Positions 28,970 through 32,000 of a stretch of 32,000 bases of DNA are shown here, piece after piece. Positions within the stretch are counted from its first letter, which is position 1. Each line of letters begins with the position of its first letter. The notes below the pieces were generated by a model. It had not been told where the DNA came from, ran no database searches, and was given only the letters and a program-made list of their open reading frames with translations. The stretch is from an uncultured Candidatus Saccharibacteria bacterium (GTDB taxonomy: Bacteria; Patescibacteriota; UBA1384; XYA2-FULL-43-10; 1-14-0-10-43-13), in contig CAZIYE010000001.1 of NCBI GenBank assembly GCA_964543385.1, positions 390,001 to 422,000 on the forward strand, in the 5' to 3' direction. The position numbers and the translations under genes are program-made.

Positions 28970-30193
28970 CTACTTAAATGGGCTCATCTTTCTTAATTTA
29001 TCAATAATTCCTGGCAAAACTTCAATAACTTTATCAACTTCCTCATCGGTTGTATAACGACTTAGAGAAAATCTGATTGAACCATGTGCCTTCTCTGGCA
29101 CAATACCCATAGCCGATAAGACATGACTAGGATCTAATGATCTTGAAGTACAGGCAGACCCTGATGAAACAGCAATCCCTAAGAAATCCAGATTCAACAC
29201 GATGGCCTCTCCCTCAGCATTTATAAAACTGAAATTTACAATATGAGGTGCATGCCTCTCTTTGCTACCGTTGAATATTATATCGGGTATAGATTTTTCC
29301 AGAGAAGTAACTAATTTATCTCTAAGCTTTATAAGCCTTTTTGCTTCATGGCTAAACTTTAGCTCTGGCAGACCATTATTGATCAAATTATCAGACTCAG
29401 ATCTCTCTTTAAGGATAAGATCAAGCGCTTTTGAAAAACCTGCTATTCCAGAAATGTTCTCCGTTCCTGCTCTTTTGCGTAGTTCCTGACTGCCACCAGT
29501 GATTTGAGATTTTATTTTAATATTATTTCGAAGATACAAAGCACCGATCCCCTTCGGTCCATGAAGTTTGTGAGCCGTGAATGTTAGCAAATCGACTTTC
29601 AAATACTCAGGTGAAATCTCAAAAAATTCTGCAGCTTGGACAGCATCAGTATGAAAATAGATCCGACTCTCTTCGTCACGATTTATATTTTCTTTTTCAA
29701 GCATGAGACCAATCTCCCTGATAGGAGAAATTACGCCGGTCTCATTATTAACATAGATTATTGAAACTAACGTTGTATTGTCTTTTATAGCTTCTCGGAC
29801 TGAATCAGCTGAAATAATCCCATTATTATCAGGTTTGATATAAGTAGCTTCGACTTTACCCTCTTTTTCAAGATCTTGTATTGTATGAAGCACAGCATGA
29901 TGCTCGACCGCACTTGTAATGATATGGGCTTTCTTTCCACTTTCCACTATTCCCCTGATCGCTAGATTATCTGATTCGGATCCACCAGAAGTAAAAATTA
30001 TCTCCTCAGGCTCACAGCCGGCAAAGAAGCTAACGAATCGGCGCCCATCATCTATTATTTTCCTCGCCTCCTGACCGACAGAATGAATTGATGAAGGATT
30101 GCCAAAATATTTCGAATTTACATCGTTTATTGTCTGAACCACCTCTTTTGCGACTTGAGTCGTCGCAGCGTTGTCTAAATATATTCTATCCAT
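28970..30193 (-). CDS. iscS: Cysteine desulfurase, IscS/NifS family
   Basis: 'MDRIYLDNAATTQV', 'FTSGGSESDNLAIRG', 'SAVEHHAVL', 'DLLTFTAHKLHGPKGIGALY', 'GSACTSRSLDPSHVL'. Confidence 0.96.
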   Translation of the reverse strand: MDRIYLDNAATTQVAKEVVQTINDVNSKYFGNPSSIHSVGQEARKIIDDGRRFVSFFAGCEPEEIIFTSGGSESDNLAIRGIVESGKKAHIITSAVEHHAVLHTIQDLEKEGKVEATYIKPDNNGIISADSVREAIKDNTTLVSIIYVNNETGVISPIREIGLMLEKENINRDEESRIYFHTDAVQAAEFFEISPEYLKVDLLTFTAHKLHGPKGIGALYLRNNIKIKSQITGGSQELRKRAGTENISGIAGFSKALDLILKERSESDNLINNGLPELKFSHEAKRLIKLRDKLVTSLEKSIPDIIFNGSKERHAPHIVNFSFINAEGEAIVLNLDFLGIAVSSGSACTSRSLDPSHVLSAMGIVPEKAHGSIRFSLSRYTTDEEVDKVIEVLPGIIDKLRKMSPFK

Positions 30194-30216
30194 AAAAACT
30201 CTATGATTTAATCAAC

Positions 30217-30426
30217 CTACTCATTAATCTTTTTAGCTATTTTTCTTAAATCCTGCAAACAGGCTTTGCAGCCAGAACCAGAGATTAAATTTTCAAATTC
30301 CTCTTTTGAAACGAGATAAGCAACCGACTTTGAATACCTATTAACTTCATAAATTTCCCCTGCTTCAACTTCCTTAATAATTTTCGAAAGGTGATTTTGT
30401 AATTCGTTTGTAGTAATTTTTTTCAT
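30217..30426 (-). CDS. Phd/YefM antitoxin-fold small protein with C-terminal CxxC
   Basis: 'MKKITTNELQNHLSKIIKEVEAGEIYEVNRYSKSVAYLVSKEEFENLISGSGCKACLQDLRKIAKKINE'; 23 bp upstream of iscS on the same strand. Confidence 0.75.
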   Translation of the reverse strand: MKKITTNELQNHLSKIIKEVEAGEIYEVNRYSKSVAYLVSKEEFENLISGSGCKACLQDLRKIAKKINE

Positions 30427-30440
30427 ATATGTTTATGGTT

Positions 30441-30488
30441 ATGTAATATAACAAGTAATATAACAAGTAATATAACAAGTAATATAAC
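30441..30488. repeat. 12-bp tandem repeats (AAGTAATATAAC) x4, first copy ATG... variant
   Basis: ATGTAATATAAC AAGTAATATAAC AAGTAATATAAC AAGTAATATAAC, directly upstream of the Phd-like gene. Confidence 0.95.
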
Positions 30489-30520
30489 ATTTAAGGAATT
30501 GCCTGTCAATTAGTAAACAT

Positions 30521-30565
30521 AAAACGAAAACGAGCCCTGGTACATCATGTACACAGGGCCCGCTC
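30521..30565 (-). terminator. Intrinsic terminator downstream of the amidase gene
   Basis: Minus strand GAGCGGGCCCTG-T-GTACA-TGA-TGTAC-CAGGGCTCGTTTTCGTTTT. Confidence 0.8.
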
Positions 30566-30595
30566 GGATTTTTGACCTGAGCGCGAACGCCCGGG

Positions 30596-31756
30596 TCATC
30601 TCCCACTTCCTTTGTTCAGCTCCACCAGCGGTCCGATGACCACCTTCTGGAGCATGATCCTACGATTCTCGGGGTTCCGCAGCCTCCAGCTGTCTCCTCC
30701 CAGGAATCGGCGCTGCTCAGCAGCAGACAGCCCCTTCCAGCGTGGATCCTTCGCCTGAGCGGCGATCTCAGCATCGCTGTTTGGGACGCCGCACTCGAGT
30801 AGCACCTTGTTCTCGATCGTGTTATAACCACCGAGAACATCGAAGGTCTTTGCTAAAGTGCAGTTGACTGGCTTGCCGAACCGTTTCCGGCCATAGCCCT
30901 GATCAAGCAGAACATTCTCGATCAGTCCGGCCAGTTGTCCAGTGTTACCTCGTCGGTGACACTCACGCAGCCCTGACCAACCATTGCTACCCAACGAGTC
31001 CACATGGAGCTCGACGAATGCACTAGTGGTACAGTTCTGGTGATCAGACTGGGCTTGGGCAGCAGCTTTCGCTCGGTCGACTGTGTCAGAGGAGTTCTGC
31101 ATGGGGTTTCCCCCATATAAGACAGCCTCTTTTGGCAACGGCAGAGGATCTTTTGGCCCAGTCACCTGGTCCATTGATTCAGCCTCGGCCGCATATACCA
31201 CAGTCGCACCGAGAGCTTCAGCCATCAGGCCAAGCTCACGCGCCATCCGATAGGTATAGGCGGCTTCCCAGTAGGCTTCTCCGTCGAATACCCAAGAGCA
31301 TCCGACGTCGAGACCATAACTGGTTACAGCATCACGGCCACCATGACCGGGGCTAACGACCAGCAACTGACCCAATAGGGCGTTCTGGCCATATTGCGCT
31401 ACGATTGCCCTACGCTCTGCTTCGGAGAAGCTGAGTTTGGGGCCTCGGGGCAGAAGTTTGCCAAGGCCTTGCGGCTCCTGGGGCTCCTGCACAGTCGTGC
31501 CGGGCTTTACAGCCGGCTTGTGCTGGTTCCACGGGTGCCACAAGAGCACGCCGAGAACCAACAACAGGAAAAGACTTGCCATGATAACGCCGAAGCGGTT
31601 CTTAGCATAGTTTTCTGCATAGGAACTACCGAACCCTGCAAAGAACGCAATGACTGCCGCCATCAGGGCTTCGAGGACCATCCACAGGCCCTGCAAAAAT
31701 GCGAGGGCTTTGGGGTGGCGGCGCCCGAAGGTCGCCCAACGCTGTTGAATCCGCAT
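30596..31756 (-). CDS. Membrane-anchored N-acetylmuramoyl-L-alanine amidase (Amidase_3-like), GC-rich
   Basis: Two N-terminal TMs then 'LVVSPGHGGRD', 'GEAYWEAAYTYRMARELGLMAEALGATVV', 'FVELHVDSLGSNGWSG', 'NKVLLECGVPNSDAEI'; ATG at 31756 with AAAAGGAGAAAAATC. Confidence 0.8.
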   Translation of the reverse strand: MRIQQRWATFGRRHPKALAFLQGLWMVLEALMAAVIAFFAGFGSSYAENYAKNRFGVIMASLFLLLVLGVLLWHPWNQHKPAVKPGTTVQEPQEPQGLGKLLPRGPKLSFSEAERRAIVAQYGQNALLGQLLVVSPGHGGRDAVTSYGLDVGCSWVFDGEAYWEAAYTYRMARELGLMAEALGATVVYAAEAESMDQVTGPKDPLPLPKEAVLYGGNPMQNSSDTVDRAKAAAQAQSDHQNCTTSAFVELHVDSLGSNGWSGLRECHRRGNTGQLAGLIENVLLDQGYGRKRFGKPVNCTLAKTFDVLGGYNTIENKVLLECGVPNSDAEIAAQAKDPRWKGLSAAEQRRFLGGDSWRLRNPENRRIMLQKVVIGPLVELNKGSGR

Positions 31757-31773
31757 GATTTTTCTCCTTTTCA

Positions 31774-31800
31774 GAGCTGCCACGTGCGGTTGGACAGCTC
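31774..31800 (-). promoter_or_regulatory. 5' UTR hairpin upstream of the amidase RBS
   Basis: GAGCTG...CAGCTC with an additional CC/GG pairing. Confidence 0.55.
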
Positions 31801-31849
31801 AAGTGTTCTTCTCGCCGGATGTGTAGAATTTCCAGCGTAGACTAGGTAT

Positions 31850-31878
31850 ATTATAGCATTTTTATATATAAAAGTCAA
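31850..31878 (-). promoter_or_regulatory. Strong extended -10 promoter for the amidase gene
   Basis: Minus strand TTGACT (31878-31873), 17-nt spacer ending TGC, TATAAT (31855-31850). Confidence 0.8.
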
Positions 31879-31888
31879 TGGTAAAACA

Positions 31889-31917
31889 TTGACAAATAGC
31901 TAATATAGTGATAAAGT
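31889..31917 (+). promoter_or_regulatory. Divergent sigma70-like promoter
   Basis: TTGACA (31889-31894), 17-nt spacer, TAAAGT (31912-31917). Confidence 0.65.
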
Positions 31918-31970
31918 AGCGAGTCGATCAATCCTGATCCGACAACTCTGACACACAGAAGGAGGGCAAC

Positions 31971-32000
31971 ATGCCCCGAAACTCTCGCAGAACACGTCGT
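31971..32000 (+). CDS. Start of a gene running off the window, basic N-terminus (MPRNSRRTRR...)
   Basis: AGAAGGAGGGCAAC RBS then ATG; GC-rich; downstream of the predicted promoter and a small GATCA-ATCC-TGATC hairpin. Confidence 0.55.
   Translation, partial: MPRNSRRTRR

Noticed and set aside
30217-30426. Complete toxin-antitoxin module
   Set aside because: Only the antitoxin-like half is present; the downstream gene is iscS and the upstream region is repeats and a terminator, with no toxin ORF.
30441-30488. Canonical promoter formed by the 12-bp repeats
   Set aside because: TTGTTA and TATATT words occur, but the available spacings (10 or 22 nt) do not fit a 17-nt sigma70 spacer.

Overview
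The window looks like one contiguous piece of an AT-rich bacterial genome with compact, CPR/Patescibacteria-like gene content (lineage is inference only). The left end carries an F1Fo ATP synthase operon, atpB(partial)-E-F-H-A-G-D-C, on the + strand. It is followed by yggT-like, glmS, an orphan histidine kinase with an Ig-like membrane protein, and miaA. Next comes an ABC exporter cluster with a Nudix gene, DUF2207, tRNA-Leu, DUF475, comEA-like, recG, macB-like, mnmA, folD, iscU, iscS, a Phd/YefM-like regulator and an Amidase_3-type protein. The most unusual signal is a set of short GC-rich cassettes (about 60-67% G+C in hand-counted 60-nt lines, against roughly one third in a neighbouring atp line) scattered through the AT-rich backbone. 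Two of them sit INSIDE the atp operon, between atpG/atpD and atpD/atpC, each holding a small ORF antisense to the operon. Each cassette has some combination of its own sigma70-like promoter with 17-nt spacing, a short hairpin near the predicted transcript 5' end, a purine-rich ribosome binding site, and an orientation-matched terminator or hairpin. Two of the encoded small proteins are Cys-rich with a similar 'SC-x(4,5)-CP' motif. Other points of interest are a 7-bp x4 tandem repeat inside atpH, 12-bp iterons upstream of a Phd-like/CxxC regulator directly ahead of iscS-iscU, and a perfect inverted repeat spanning two divergent -35 boxes near the right end. No CRISPR array, transposase or rRNA was seen.
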